Shown piece after piece: positions 19,630-29,575 of a stretch of 64,000 nt of DNA. The DNA comes from Kiritimatiellia bacterium (GTDB lineage Bacteria; Verrucomicrobiota; Kiritimatiellia; RFP12; UBA1067). A program made the translations under genes and the position numbers. Below the pieces are notes generated by a model. That model saw only the letters and a list, made by a program, of their open reading frames with translations, was not told the DNA's origin and did not search any database. Positions within the stretch are counted from its first letter, which is position 1. Every line of letters starts with the position of its first letter. The DNA lies in assembly GCA_050949565.1 (NCBI GenBank), contig JBMNFY010000017.1:1-64000 (forward strand), read 5' to 3'.

Positions 19630-21492
19630 TCACTCTTTTTTCATCAGGGTGCCGCCGAGATTGTATTGTTGCGGCGGCTGCGGCTCGCCCGTGCCGACAC
19701 CGCGCGTCATGAGCCCCTTGAGTTCGTCAAGGTGCGTCGCATACACATCGCGCGGCAGGCAGTCGTGCTTCTTGCAGATCGAGGCGGCCATACCTATCAC
19801 CTCCCCCATCATGCCGCCAGTCCGCATCACGCGCACCGTGCCGAGCGCCACATGCGTCACGCTGATGTTGCGACCGGCCATGAAAAGGTTGTCCACGTTT
19901 TTCGAGTAGAGGCAGCGATACGGGATCGGATACGGGTGAATCGCCTGATGTTTGGCGATGGACTTAAACTCCGCGCCCGGGAAGTTGCGGGTGTTCTTAG
20001 GATCGGGATAGTGCAGGTCGATTGTCCATGTCGTCACTGCTGTGGCGTCGGGATAGGCAACCCGATTCACCAGATCCTGCTCTTTCAGCACGAAGTCGCC
20101 GATCAGACGACGCGACTCGCGCTTACCGGCAACGTAGGCCACCCAGTCCAGTCGGAGCTTGGCATAATCGGCCTTGTGGGCTGAGTGGTTTTTGAGGAAC
20201 GACCAGTTGGAAAAGACCACCAGCATGCCGTAGTCACGCACACGCTCGAACTCGTTGACCTGATGGTAATTCATGCCGGTTTCCCAAGTCCACTCCCCCA
20301 TCTTGACGCGTTCGCACGTCTCGTCGGTGAATGGCAGCGCCCATGCGATGTCGGGGAAAGCGACCGGCTCTTGCGCCTCGCGCGAGTACCACTGCACCGA
20401 CGAACCCATGGTCTGATTATCGGCTTTGTCAGGAGCAGTCTTCTCGCCGGTCTCCTCTTTACTCTCGCGACCGTAGCGGTACTCGGCACCGGCCAGCACG
20501 CCGATCACACCGTCACCGGTACAGTCGGCAACCAGCGGGGCAGTGAAGCGGGTCTCCTGTCCGGTCTCGATGTGACGCCCGACGACCGCCGTGATGCGCG
20601 CCCCCTCTTTCTCGACCGCCAGTGCCCGTGTGTTCAGGAAAAGCCGGATGTTCTTCTCGGCCTTGACCGCTTCGATCTTCCGTTCGTCCTCGTAGAAGTC
20701 GCCGGGTTGCGCGTTGCCGCCGCGACGCGGACCGATCTCGCTGACCACATCACCCAGCCGCGGATAGGGCGGCAGATTCATGCGCCCGGCCAGATGCACG
20801 CGCACCTCCGAACTGTTGTTGCCGCCAAGTACCGGACGGTCCTGGATCAGTGCCACCGTCAATCCGAGCCGCGCCGCCGAGATCGCCATGCAGACGCCGG
20901 GAATGCCGCCGCCGGCGATGATCAGGTCCACCGCCTCGGTACGTTGCGAGGCCTTGATCGCCCCCACCGAACGGCGATAGCTCTCCAGCTTCGAGACCTC
21001 ATTCTCCGGTGTAAACTCGGGGTCGGTCGTAAGGATCAATGCATCGCAGCGTCCGTTAAAACCGGTCAGGTCATGCAACGCCAGTCGCGCGGGACCTTTT
21101 TCAAGGCGCACGCTGCCCGCCGTCTGCCATGCCCACTCATTGCCTTGCGTGCCCAGTACCGTCGGCAACCGCACGCCGTTGACGCTCACCTGAAACTTGC
21201 CGGGCGCGTCTTTCTGCGTCCAGAGTGCGGCCCAGTTGCGCGTGCGTGCCAGCACACGGTAGGCGCCGCTCTCCGGCACCTCTATCGTTGTCGTGGCGTC
21301 TGCCACCGGCGCACCCAATCCGTGCGCCATCAAAAAGGGCGACCCCATCTGATCCATGAACTGCTGGTCCACCACCCAGCCGCCCTTATCGGCAAAAGAT
21401 TCCGTCTCCACAAACAGTGTGGCCGCCTGCACCGCGCCTGCGCAGACGATCGCAACGCATCCACTCATAAAACGTTTCATCATATGCCTCAT
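19630..21492 (-). CDS. Secreted FAD-dependent oxidoreductase with an N-terminal beta-sandwich
   Basis: IAGGGIPG, DRPVLGGNNSSE, DCTGDG, RESRR, NLFMAGR. Start corrected to MRHMMK after an AAGGGAG RBS, because the longer ORF runs through a REP. Confidence 0.88.
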   Translation of the reverse strand: MRHMMKRFMSGCVAIVCAGAVQAATLFVETESFADKGGWVVDQQFMDQMGSPFLMAHGLGAPVADATTTIEVPESGAYRVLARTRNWAALWTQKDAPGKFQVSVNGVRLPTVLGTQGNEWAWQTAGSVRLEKGPARLALHDLTGFNGRCDALILTTDPEFTPENEVSKLESYRRSVGAIKASQRTEAVDLIIAGGGIPGVCMAISAARLGLTVALIQDRPVLGGNNSSEVRVHLAGRMNLPPYPRLGDVVSEIGPRRGGNAQPGDFYEDERKIEAVKAEKNIRLFLNTRALAVEKEGARITAVVGRHIETGQETRFTAPLVADCTGDGVIGVLAGAEYRYGRESKEETGEKTAPDKADNQTMGSSVQWYSREAQEPVAFPDIAWALPFTDETCERVKMGEWTWETGMNYHQVNEFERVRDYGMLVVFSNWSFLKNHSAHKADYAKLRLDWVAYVAGKRESRRLIGDFVLKEQDLVNRVAYPDATAVTTWTIDLHYPDPKNTRNFPGAEFKSIAKHQAIHPYPIPYRCLYSKNVDNLFMAGRNISVTHVALGTVRVMRTGGMMGEVIGMAASICKKHDCLPRDVYATHLDELKGLMTRGVGTGEPQPPQQYNLGGTLMKKE

Positions 21493-21514
21493 GCTCCCTT
21501 TTTTACTTGCGAAA

Positions 21515-21642
21515 TTTGGAGTGCGGTGACAAGAGCCGCACTGTGCGCGGAGCGCGGCACCACTTTTGCGCGCCACCCTGCCGCCACACTCACGCTCAAA
21601 AAGCGACGTCGCGCGGAATACCGCTTGCCGCCGCACTCCATA
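21515..21642. repeat. Inverted REP pair (REPIN-like)
   Basis: TTTGGAGTGCGG...CACCACTTTT facing AAAGCGACGTCG...CCGCACTCCATA. Confidence 0.75.
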
Positions 21643-21777
21643 TCTGTTCGTTTGGCTCGTGCGTGCCGAAAGGGGCGCAAAACACGCTCCCGACTCGCAC
21701 ATCCCCTATATCAACGATTACGCGCCGACTTCCGCCCACAACGCACCGTCGTTGTCGCATTTATGACAAGTAGGATG

Positions 21778-22770
21778 TCACTTGTCAAACTGCGCATCGA
21801 AGGCGATTGCGCTCGGCGGGAAGTCGACGCCCCGCACAAAGTCGCACGCTTCCTGTGCGCCGTGGCAACGGTCCATGCGCGAGTCTTCCCACTCGACCGA
21901 CAGCGGCCCCTGATACTGGATGTCGTTGAGCGCCACGATGATCTCTTCGAAGTTGATATCGCCGTGACCCAGCGAACGGAAGTCCCAGAAGCGCCGTGGA
22001 TCGCCAAACTCTGTGTGTCCGCCGAACACGCCCACCGTACCGTCGCCATGCCCCCACCACACGTCCTTCATGTGCACGTGGAAAATGCGATCCTTGAAGG
22101 TGTGGATGAACTTCACGTAGTCCACGCCCTGATAACCGAAGTGCGAAGGATCGTAGTTGAAGCCAAACGCCGGATGGCCATCCAACGCATCCAGTGCGCG
22201 TTGCGCCGAAGCGATGTCGAACGCGATTTCGGTCGGATGAACTTCCAACGCAAACTTCACGCCGTTCTCGGCATACACATCGAGAATCGGACGCCACGTT
22301 TTCGCGAACTCCTTGTATCCCTTCTCGATCTGACCGGGCAGACAGGGCGGGAAAGAGTAGAGCAGATGCCAGATCGGTGAACCGGTGAATCCAGTCACAA
22401 CCGACACGCCCATGTTCTTGGCCGCTTTGGCCGCCTTCTTCTGCATCTCGATCGCCCACTTCTTGATAGCTTTCGCGTCGCCGCGCAATTTAGCGGGCGC
22501 CCACGCATAATGCCGCTCGTCCAGATTGTCGCACACAAGCTGTCCCGTCAGGTGGTTTTGGATCGCCCAGCATCCCAGACCGTGCTCCTCGAGAAGCGCC
22601 CGCTTATCGTCGCAATAGGCCTTGCTCTTGGAGGCCTGATCTAAATCCAGATGGTCGCCCCACGTACAGATTTCGAGTCCGTCGTATCCGAAACCCGACA
22701 TCAGTTCACACACCTTAGCGAACGGCAGATCCGCCCACTGTCCGGTCACAATCGTCACTTTCCTCGCCAT
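21778..22770 (-). CDS. Sugar phosphate isomerase/epimerase (xylose isomerase-like TIM barrel)
   Basis: TGQWADL, FALEVHP, YDPSH, HVHMKD, LSVEWED; GGAGA RBS before MARKV. Confidence 0.9.
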   Translation of the reverse strand: MARKVTIVTGQWADLPFAKVCELMSGFGYDGLEICTWGDHLDLDQASKSKAYCDDKRALLEEHGLGCWAIQNHLTGQLVCDNLDERHYAWAPAKLRGDAKAIKKWAIEMQKKAAKAAKNMGVSVVTGFTGSPIWHLLYSFPPCLPGQIEKGYKEFAKTWRPILDVYAENGVKFALEVHPTEIAFDIASAQRALDALDGHPAFGFNYDPSHFGYQGVDYVKFIHTFKDRIFHVHMKDVWWGHGDGTVGVFGGHTEFGDPRRFWDFRSLGHGDINFEEIIVALNDIQYQGPLSVEWEDSRMDRCHGAQEACDFVRGVDFPPSAIAFDAQFDK

Positions 22771-22978
22771 GACATCTTCTCCTTTTTTCATGTCGGCTGG
22801 CACCCAACACACTTGAGCACCACACCGACCCTCAACCTTACTATGGAGATACCTTACTCCGTTTTCTTCGAAGCTTCAACAAAAACCGGTTCAGTTGTTT
22901 TAACGCAGAGACACAGAGGCGCAGAGATTTTTTGCGGGGTGGCGGCGTGAGCGCAAGCGTGACGAAAGAATTTGTCAG

Positions 22979-25759
22979 TTATCCTTCCGGGCGCAACATC
23001 CGGATGCTTTCGACCGTGACCGAAGCCCCCTGCTCGCCGATCGGATCAAAACGCAACCGCGTAATTAGACCGCGCCAACGCCGGTGTCCTCCCACCTCAA
23101 AGACGTAATCATGGAACGCGCCGTCCGGCACGATCTTCTTGCGGATCGACGCCTCTTCGTTGGCAGGTGCGCCGCCGACATGCCAAAAGAGCTGGCAGGT
23201 GTCGTCGGACAGCGTCGTCCCGGCCACTTTCATGCGCACCACGATCCGCGCCACCTGACGCGCCGGCACATGTTTGATCGCGCGCCCGATCGCCGGATCA
23301 CGCGAGGTCGTGGTGAAACTCAGGCCGTTCTCCCCGACCACGAGCGGCGAGGTCCCCATCAACGCGTACCAGCCCTGCGGGCCGTCGGCAAACGACCATT
23401 CGCGTGCCTCGTACTTGGGCGGCATGGGCAAATCGTAGGGACCGAGCCCCACGTCCTGCGGGCCGTAATTGAGCGGCCACCCCGTCGTCGGCCGCTTGCA
23501 GAAGGTCTCGCGTACCGCCTCATACATGCCGAAGCCAAACTCCGCGTTGGGTTCGGCATACGAGCCCTCACCCCATTCGTTAAGCGGCGCGAGCGTCATG
23601 CGCTTGATACCGGTTTCGTCCGCAAAGCGCTTCGCGTCGCGGCAGATGCGACGGAAGTGTTCGACCGTGCGCCCGTAAATCTCGGTGCCGCGGTCGCCAT
23701 GCCACGGACGGTCATCCCAGCCGGTCGACAGATTGGGCAGGAACGGCAGAATGCCCGTCGCATGCAAACCCTTCCAGTGGTCATAGTTGGAGTCCGCCAC
23801 CAAGTCAAACGAGAAGCGGCGCGGATTTTCAGCCTTACCGCCGTGGTGCATGTAATGGTAGATCGAGGTCATATCGAACCCCATGTCCTTGTAGCCCTGC
23901 ACCACCGCCGGCTCAAACGAAGCCTCCGGCCACTTCATCGCGATGAAGGTAATCCCCTTGAATCCGGCCTCGACCGCCATCTTGCGCGACAACTCAAGCA
24001 ACCGCTTACAGCCGTCCTTGTCGCCCAGATCGCGGTTCATGTTCTGCGCGCTCCAGATCATCACGACCGGCTTGTCGTCAATCCGGTAATACTCTGGCGT
24101 GTTGAAATAATTCTCGATCCAGAAGCGGGTGACTGCGCGTTGATCCTCCACCGAGTGACTTCCCGCCGCGTTGTGGTTGGCCCACATCACGGCCCACTTC
24201 AGGAACGACTTGTACCGCGCGCGCTGAAACGCCTTGACCCAGTGGTCGTTGTACTGCGATCCCTTGTGCCAATACCAGTCAACCAGGAAATAGGAGAGAC
24301 CGTTCTCGACCGCCCATTTGATCTGCCAGTCCACCACTTCGGGATTTGTCTCGTCGTACCAGCCCAAGACCGGTTTGCGCTCCGGCGCAACCGGCCAGAT
24401 GCGCGCCCATCTCTCGATCGACTGCCAGCCGGGATAGTAGAGCGCGCCGATCTCATAATCGCTCTCGAGCGGTTGCGGAACCGGCACATACGCGGCCTTC
24501 GGCTGTTTCAAATCCGGCAACACCTCGACACGCGCAACCGCCTCCAGCCCGTCGGCGCCGTCCCCCGTGAGCGTGAAAACCACTTCGTCCTTGAGGGCCC
24601 GATCAGCCGTCAGCAGCAACGTGTGTGTGGCGATGGCGGACGCCGAAACCTCCTCCACCTTCTCCCATCCGGGGGCCGACACGATGCGCAATCCGCGCGG
24701 CATTTTTTTCACCGCCAGCTTGAGGTTCTTTGCATCCTGTCCACCCAAGTTCGCGAGCTGGATCAAGAGCGGAAGCGGGCGCCCGGCCCGGTTGATCGCA
24801 TCAGAGAGGCGCGCCTGCAACACAGAGACATCGGCAGCGCCCTGTGGCTCGTCGCACACAGCCACGGCGCGGATATGCGCCGATGCGCCTTGCTTCACGA
24901 CCGGCATCACTTTGAGCAGTACGATATCGCCGACCCATTCTTTAATACCCGTCATGTCGACATTGTATGTATGGAACTTTCCGTCAGTTTTGATGCGGAA
25001 GCGCTTTTGATGGAGACCGCTCACTGCTGAGGAGGCCCAGTAGATGATCGCGTCATCTCCGGTATCCGCAGCCATCTCGACCGAAACGAACACGTTTTCA
25101 TACGACGGGATGGACAGCATAGGACTGGTGATCCGTCCGGTCTGCCCCGCCTGCGATGTCACCACCAACGCATCATCGCTCATGGACGCGACCGCGCCAT
25201 CCTCAGCGCGCCACGCGCTCAGTGCCGCGCCGCGCCACTCACGCGCATCGCTCTTGGCCGATACGGCATCGATCACCCGCACCCAATCCACTTCATAGGT
25301 GCCGAGCGTGTCGGCCGGATTCGAGAAGTCGATCCGGAATTGCGCGATGCGCTTCTCACCCTGCCAGTAAGGGAACACGCGGTACTCGTGCCACTCCCCG
25401 CCACCGGCCCACATGAGCGTCGTGTTCCACTTCGCCTGCGCACCCGCCGCGCCCTCCGGTATCCAGTAGATGTTGCCGGAACCTGTGGTCGACGTCCGCA
25501 CACGCATTTCGACCGCCTGCCCAGCCGACGCCTCGATGGAGAATTTCGGACTGGTGACGAACGGATCCCACGAGGTCATCGTCCCCTTCAGAACGCCGTC
25601 CTCGATACGCACATCCTTGCTGTGGTTCGCGCCTCGCGTCCAAGCCTTGTCGGCATCGGCCGTAAAGTCCCAACTCACCAGTACGCGCGGCGATTCCGCG
25701 ACCACGCATCCCGCCAACAGAACAACCGCCCCTGCTACACGCAATATCCTCATCGTCAT
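22979..25759 (-). CDS. Secreted GH99-like (WbsX-family) domain protein flanked by three CBM-like modules
   Basis: YYPGW, KPVLGWYDE, DWYW, GWDDRPW, NEWGEGS. Three repeats of a DP...[WF]H.Y...W.G.I..[LF][RK] module. Confidence 0.82.
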   Translation of the reverse strand: MTMRILRVAGAVVLLAGCVVAESPRVLVSWDFTADADKAWTRGANHSKDVRIEDGVLKGTMTSWDPFVTSPKFSIEASAGQAVEMRVRTSTTGSGNIYWIPEGAAGAQAKWNTTLMWAGGGEWHEYRVFPYWQGEKRIAQFRIDFSNPADTLGTYEVDWVRVIDAVSAKSDAREWRGAALSAWRAEDGAVASMSDDALVVTSQAGQTGRITSPMLSIPSYENVFVSVEMAADTGDDAIIYWASSAVSGLHQKRFRIKTDGKFHTYNVDMTGIKEWVGDIVLLKVMPVVKQGASAHIRAVAVCDEPQGAADVSVLQARLSDAINRAGRPLPLLIQLANLGGQDAKNLKLAVKKMPRGLRIVSAPGWEKVEEVSASAIATHTLLLTADRALKDEVVFTLTGDGADGLEAVARVEVLPDLKQPKAAYVPVPQPLESDYEIGALYYPGWQSIERWARIWPVAPERKPVLGWYDETNPEVVDWQIKWAVENGLSYFLVDWYWHKGSQYNDHWVKAFQRARYKSFLKWAVMWANHNAAGSHSVEDQRAVTRFWIENYFNTPEYYRIDDKPVVMIWSAQNMNRDLGDKDGCKRLLELSRKMAVEAGFKGITFIAMKWPEASFEPAVVQGYKDMGFDMTSIYHYMHHGGKAENPRRFSFDLVADSNYDHWKGLHATGILPFLPNLSTGWDDRPWHGDRGTEIYGRTVEHFRRICRDAKRFADETGIKRMTLAPLNEWGEGSYAEPNAEFGFGMYEAVRETFCKRPTTGWPLNYGPQDVGLGPYDLPMPPKYEAREWSFADGPQGWYALMGTSPLVVGENGLSFTTTSRDPAIGRAIKHVPARQVARIVVRMKVAGTTLSDDTCQLFWHVGGAPANEEASIRKKIVPDGAFHDYVFEVGGHRRWRGLITRLRFDPIGEQGASVTVESIRMLRPEG

Positions 25760-25765
25760 TCCTCC

Positions 25766-26338
25766 TCACGCTTGCTTGTACACCGGCAACTCTCTCTCCG
25801 ACAACTCCTTCAAAAAAGGCTGCACCGTATCCTTCGCTGAAAGTACAGGGGTGTCCACTGGCCACGCGATACCGATGTCCGGGTCATTCCACCGGATGCC
25901 GCGGTCATCGCGCGGGTCGTAGAATTCTGAACACTTGTACTGGATCTCGGCGCTCTCTGAAAGCACGCAGAAACCGTGCGCGAAGCCACCGGGAATAAAA
26001 AGCTGGTGATGGTTCGTTTCAGAGAGCACAGCGGACGACCACTTGCCGAAGGTCGGCGAGCCGTGCCGGATATCAACCGCGACATCCAGAATCTCGCCGC
26101 GGATACACGACACCAGTTTCGCCTGCGGCTTATGCAACTGGAAGTGCAGGCCGCGCAGCACATGTCGCGCGGAACTGGAGCGGTTGTCTTGCACAAACAC
26201 CGCACGTATGCCGCCCGCCGCGTAATCGGCCGCGTGGTAGCTCTCCAAAAAGAAGCCCCGCGCATCACGGAACACCTCGGGGATGCACAGCACAACCCCG
26301 GGAAGATCTGTCCTTTGGAAGGTCACAGGCATAGTCAA
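25766..26338 (-). CDS. rfbC: dTDP-4-dehydrorhamnose 3,5-epimerase
   Basis: DARGFFLE, FVQDN, RGLHFQ, GFAHGF, WNDP, LSAKD. Confidence 0.96.
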   Translation of the reverse strand: MTMPVTFQRTDLPGVVLCIPEVFRDARGFFLESYHAADYAAGGIRAVFVQDNRSSSARHVLRGLHFQLHKPQAKLVSCIRGEILDVAVDIRHGSPTFGKWSSAVLSETNHHQLFIPGGFAHGFCVLSESAEIQYKCSEFYDPRDDRGIRWNDPDIGIAWPVDTPVLSAKDTVQPFLKELSERELPVYKQA

Positions 26339-26349
26339 TCACCTCGCTT

Positions 26350-27978
26350 TCATACCCGGCCATGCGCGGCGCGATAACGCGCGATCAACGCATTGGTCGA
26401 CGCATCATGCCGCAACACCGGCTGTTCGTTGAGTGTCAGTTCGATCAGCACCTTGGAGGCCAGCACCTTGCCCAGTTCAACACCCCACTGATCGAACGAG
26501 AAGATATTCCAGATGATGCCCTGCGTGAAGACCTTGTGTTCGTAGAGGGCGATCAAGGCACCGAAGGTCTCCGGCGTCAATTGGTCGGCGAGGAGCGTGT
26601 TGGTCGGGTGGTTGCCCTCGAATGTCTTGTGCGGTACGAGTCTCTCCGGCACCCCTTCCGCGCGGCACTGCTCCGCCGTCTTGCCGAACGCCAGCGCCTC
26701 GGTCTGCGCGAAGAAGTTCGCCATCAGCTTGTCGTGCTGGTCACCCAACGGATTGTGCGTCTTGCAGAACCCGATAAAGTCGCACGGAATCAGCCGCGTG
26801 CCTTGGTGGATAAGCTGATAAAAGGCGTGCTGGCCGTTGGTGCCGGGCTCGCCCCATACGATCGGCCCCGTCGTATAAGCGACGCGATTCCCCTGCCGGT
26901 CGACCGACTTGCCGTTACTCTCCATGTCGAGCTGCTGCAGGTAGGCGGCGAGGCGGGCCAGATACTGGTCGTACGGCAGCACGGCATAGCTCTCGGCACC
27001 GTAGCCGTTCGCGTAAAGAATACCGAGCAGACCCATGATTATCGGCATGTTGCGGCTGAAAGGCGCGGTGGCAAAATGGCGGTCCATCTTGTGATATCCC
27101 TTCAGCATCTTCTTGAAGTGGCGCGGGCCGATCGCCAGCATCAGCGGCAGGCCAATGGCAGAAGGCAACGAGTAGCGCCCACCCACCCAATCCCAGAAGC
27201 CGAACATGTTGGCCGTGTCGATGCCGAAGGCCGCGACCTTTTCCGCATTGGTCGAGACCGCAACAAAGTGCTTGGCCACCGCCGCCTCGCTGCCGAGCTT
27301 ATCGATCAGCCATGCCCGCGCATTCATCGCGTTGGTGATCGTCTCCTGCGTCGTGAACGTCTTGGAGGCGACGATGAACAGCGTCTGCTCCGCCTTGACC
27401 TCGCGCAACGTCTCCGCCAGATGGGTACCGTCGATATTCGAGACAAAATGCATCGCGAGCGAGCGTTTCGCAAACGGCTTCAACGCCTGGCAGGCCATGG
27501 CGGGACCGAGGTCCGAACCGCCAATGCCGATATTCACGACATACTTAATGCGCTTGCCGGTATGCCCCAACCACTGCCCTTTGCGCACACGATCGGCAAA
27601 GGCGCTCATCGCGTCCAGCACTGCATGCACCTCCGGTATCACATCCTTGCCGTTGACAAAAACCGGCCGGTCAGGCGGATTACGCAACGCAGTATGCAGC
27701 ACCGCGCGCCCTTCGGTCTCGTTGATCGCCTCGCCCGCGAACATCGCGTCGATCCAACGTTTCAGGTCACTCGCCTCGGCGAGTTCCACCAGACGGCGCA
27801 TCAAGGCCGGCGTGATGCGGTTCTTCGAGTAATCCAGTGTCCAACCCGCCGCGTTCAATGTAAACCGTTCAGCGCGTCCGGGATCCTTTGCGAAAAGGTC
27901 GCGCAAGTGAAGGTCCCGCGTCGCCTCGATTTCATTCGCCACCGCAAGCCAAGCTTCTTGATTCATCATTCTCTCCAT
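26350..27978 (-). CDS. pgi: Glucose-6-phosphate isomerase
   Basis: [42 protein letters not shown]. Confidence 0.98.
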   Translation of the reverse strand: MERMMNQEAWLAVANEIEATRDLHLRDLFAKDPGRAERFTLNAAGWTLDYSKNRITPALMRRLVELAEASDLKRWIDAMFAGEAINETEGRAVLHTALRNPPDRPVFVNGKDVIPEVHAVLDAMSAFADRVRKGQWLGHTGKRIKYVVNIGIGGSDLGPAMACQALKPFAKRSLAMHFVSNIDGTHLAETLREVKAEQTLFIVASKTFTTQETITNAMNARAWLIDKLGSEAAVAKHFVAVSTNAEKVAAFGIDTANMFGFWDWVGGRYSLPSAIGLPLMLAIGPRHFKKMLKGYHKMDRHFATAPFSRNMPIIMGLLGILYANGYGAESYAVLPYDQYLARLAAYLQQLDMESNGKSVDRQGNRVAYTTGPIVWGEPGTNGQHAFYQLIHQGTRLIPCDFIGFCKTHNPLGDQHDKLMANFFAQTEALAFGKTAEQCRAEGVPERLVPHKTFEGNHPTNTLLADQLTPETFGALIALYEHKVFTQGIIWNIFSFDQWGVELGKVLASKVLIELTLNEQPVLRHDASTNALIARYRAAHGRV

Positions 27979-28079
27979 CAGTTCGGGATCAACCTAAAAT
28001 CATCATAAAAACAGGTTCTGGATCATACCGTTTCCACCGCTGACAGAGAAGCCAAAAGAGAGTGAATCCAAACTCCCAG

Positions 28080-28108
28080 TTGAGCGTGGGCGGTATATCA
28101 ACTATCCT
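28080..28108 (+). promoter_or_regulatory. Putative promoter of tilS (possibly leaderless)
   Basis: TTGAGC-N17-TATCCT, 6 nt before the in-frame ATG at 28115. Confidence 0.5.
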
Positions 28109-28114
28109 ATGCGC

Positions 28115-29575
28115 ATGGCTGTAGGTTCATCCAGTTTCATCGGTTACATCACGGATCACCGCCGCCTCGATGTGGCGGTAGCTGAAATGGTCGCGCGCCA
28201 TCAGTTGCTGCATGCGGTCACGCGTCTGGGTGTTGCGGTCTCTGGTGGTGCCGACTCTGTGGCTCTCCTTCACCTGTTGCTTCCGGAGTGCCGGGCGCGC
28301 GGTATCGCGCCGACTGTCCTGCACCTGAATCACGGACTGCGCGCGGAGGCGGATGAGGAGGCGCGTTTTGTCGAGGCGCTCGCCGCCGACGCGGGGGTGC
28401 CGTTCGTGAGCCGCCGCGTGGCGCTTGCCGAGCGTCCGGCGGATGGCCGCTCGCTTGAAATGGCCGCGCGCGATGCGCGTCTGGATTTCTTCCGCCACGC
28501 CTACGAGGAATGTGCGCTAGACGCACTCGCCACCGGCCACCATGCCGACGACGTGGCCGAAACTTTGCTGATGCGTCTGGCCCGCGGTGCCGGCGCCGCG
28601 GGCCTCGCCGGTCTGCGTCCGCACACGCATCTCGACGGCTGCCGCATGATCCGTCCGTTGCTCGCGATCTCCGGCGCGGCGCTGCGCGCTTGGTTGCGCG
28701 AACGCGGTCTGACGTGGTGCGAGGATGCCTCGAACCGCGACCCCGCGATTCCGCGCAACGCGGTGCGCCACGTCGTGCTGCCGCACCTTGAGGCCACCTG
28801 GGTAGCCGACCTGCGCGCGCGTCTCTGCCAGTCGGCTGAAACCCTGCGCGAGGATGACGCCTTGCTGGATACACTCGCCCGACAGCAATTCGCTGCGCTT
28901 GCCACCGATGATGGCGCATTGCCGGTCGATGACCTGTTGCGCGAGCCGCTGGCTCTACAGCGCCGTATTCTACGCCTCTGGCTTTATCGCCACGCGTCTC
29001 CTGATGCGGCGGGCTTCAGCACGGTGCAGCGCCTGCTGGCGCTCTGCCGCGAATCCGGTGATTGGCGCACCACCTTGCGCGGAGCGACCGTTGTCGAGTG
29101 CTGCAACCGCCGCCTCTCCTTTCAGCAGCAGCCGTCCGAATGCGCCGCCCCCCTACCCGCTGTACTGGCGGTGCCCACCGTGCGGCCGCTCCGCTGGGGC
29201 GCGTTCGAGATCACCGCGACCTGCGATACCGGCATCTTTAGTTTGGCTAATGGCGTCGGACATTTCCCGGCTGCCTGCACGCTGAGCGCGGCCGAGCTGG
29301 AGGGACGCGCCTTGACCGTACGTGCGCGTCATCCGGGCGATCGCATCGCGCCGACCAACATGAACGGCTCAAAAAAAATCCAGGATCTCTATGTCGACGC
29401 TAAACTGCCTGAGGTACAGCGCGACACCGTTCCGCTGATTGTCTGCGACGATGAGGTTATTTGGGTGCCCGGCTACCGCGTGGCGCGCCGCTATGCGGTA
29501 CCCGCGCCCGACGCCCCCAGCGTGCGGCTTACGGTTCACGCGTGCGACTCAGCGCGTAGAGACGCCGCTGAGTAG
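28115..29575 (+). CDS. tilS: tRNA(Ile)-lysidine synthase
   Basis: AVSGGADS PP-loop, NHGLR, GHHADD, IRPLL, EDASN; C-terminal RHPGDRI...KKIQD. Confidence 0.96.
   Translation: MAVGSSSFIGYITDHRRLDVAVAEMVARHQLLHAVTRLGVAVSGGADSVALLHLLLPECRARGIAPTVLHLNHGLRAEADEEARFVEALAADAGVPFVSRRVALAERPADGRSLEMAARDARLDFFRHAYEECALDALATGHHADDVAETLLMRLARGAGAAGLAGLRPHTHLDGCRMIRPLLAISGAALRAWLRERGLTWCEDASNRDPAIPRNAVRHVVLPHLEATWVADLRARLCQSAETLREDDALLDTLARQQFAALATDDGALPVDDLLREPLALQRRILRLWLYRHASPDAAGFSTVQRLLALCRESGDWRTTLRGATVVECCNRRLSFQQQPSECAAPLPAVLAVPTVRPLRWGAFEITATCDTGIFSLANGVGHFPAACTLSAAELEGRALTVRARHPGDRIAPTNMNGSKKIQDLYVDAKLPEVQRDTVPLIVCDDEVIWVPGYRVARRYAVPAPDAPSVRLTVHACDSARRDAAE

Noticed and set aside
21493-21702. N-terminal extension of the FAD oxidoreductase
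   Set aside because: It runs through a REP pair; the RBS and signal peptide point to a start at 21492.
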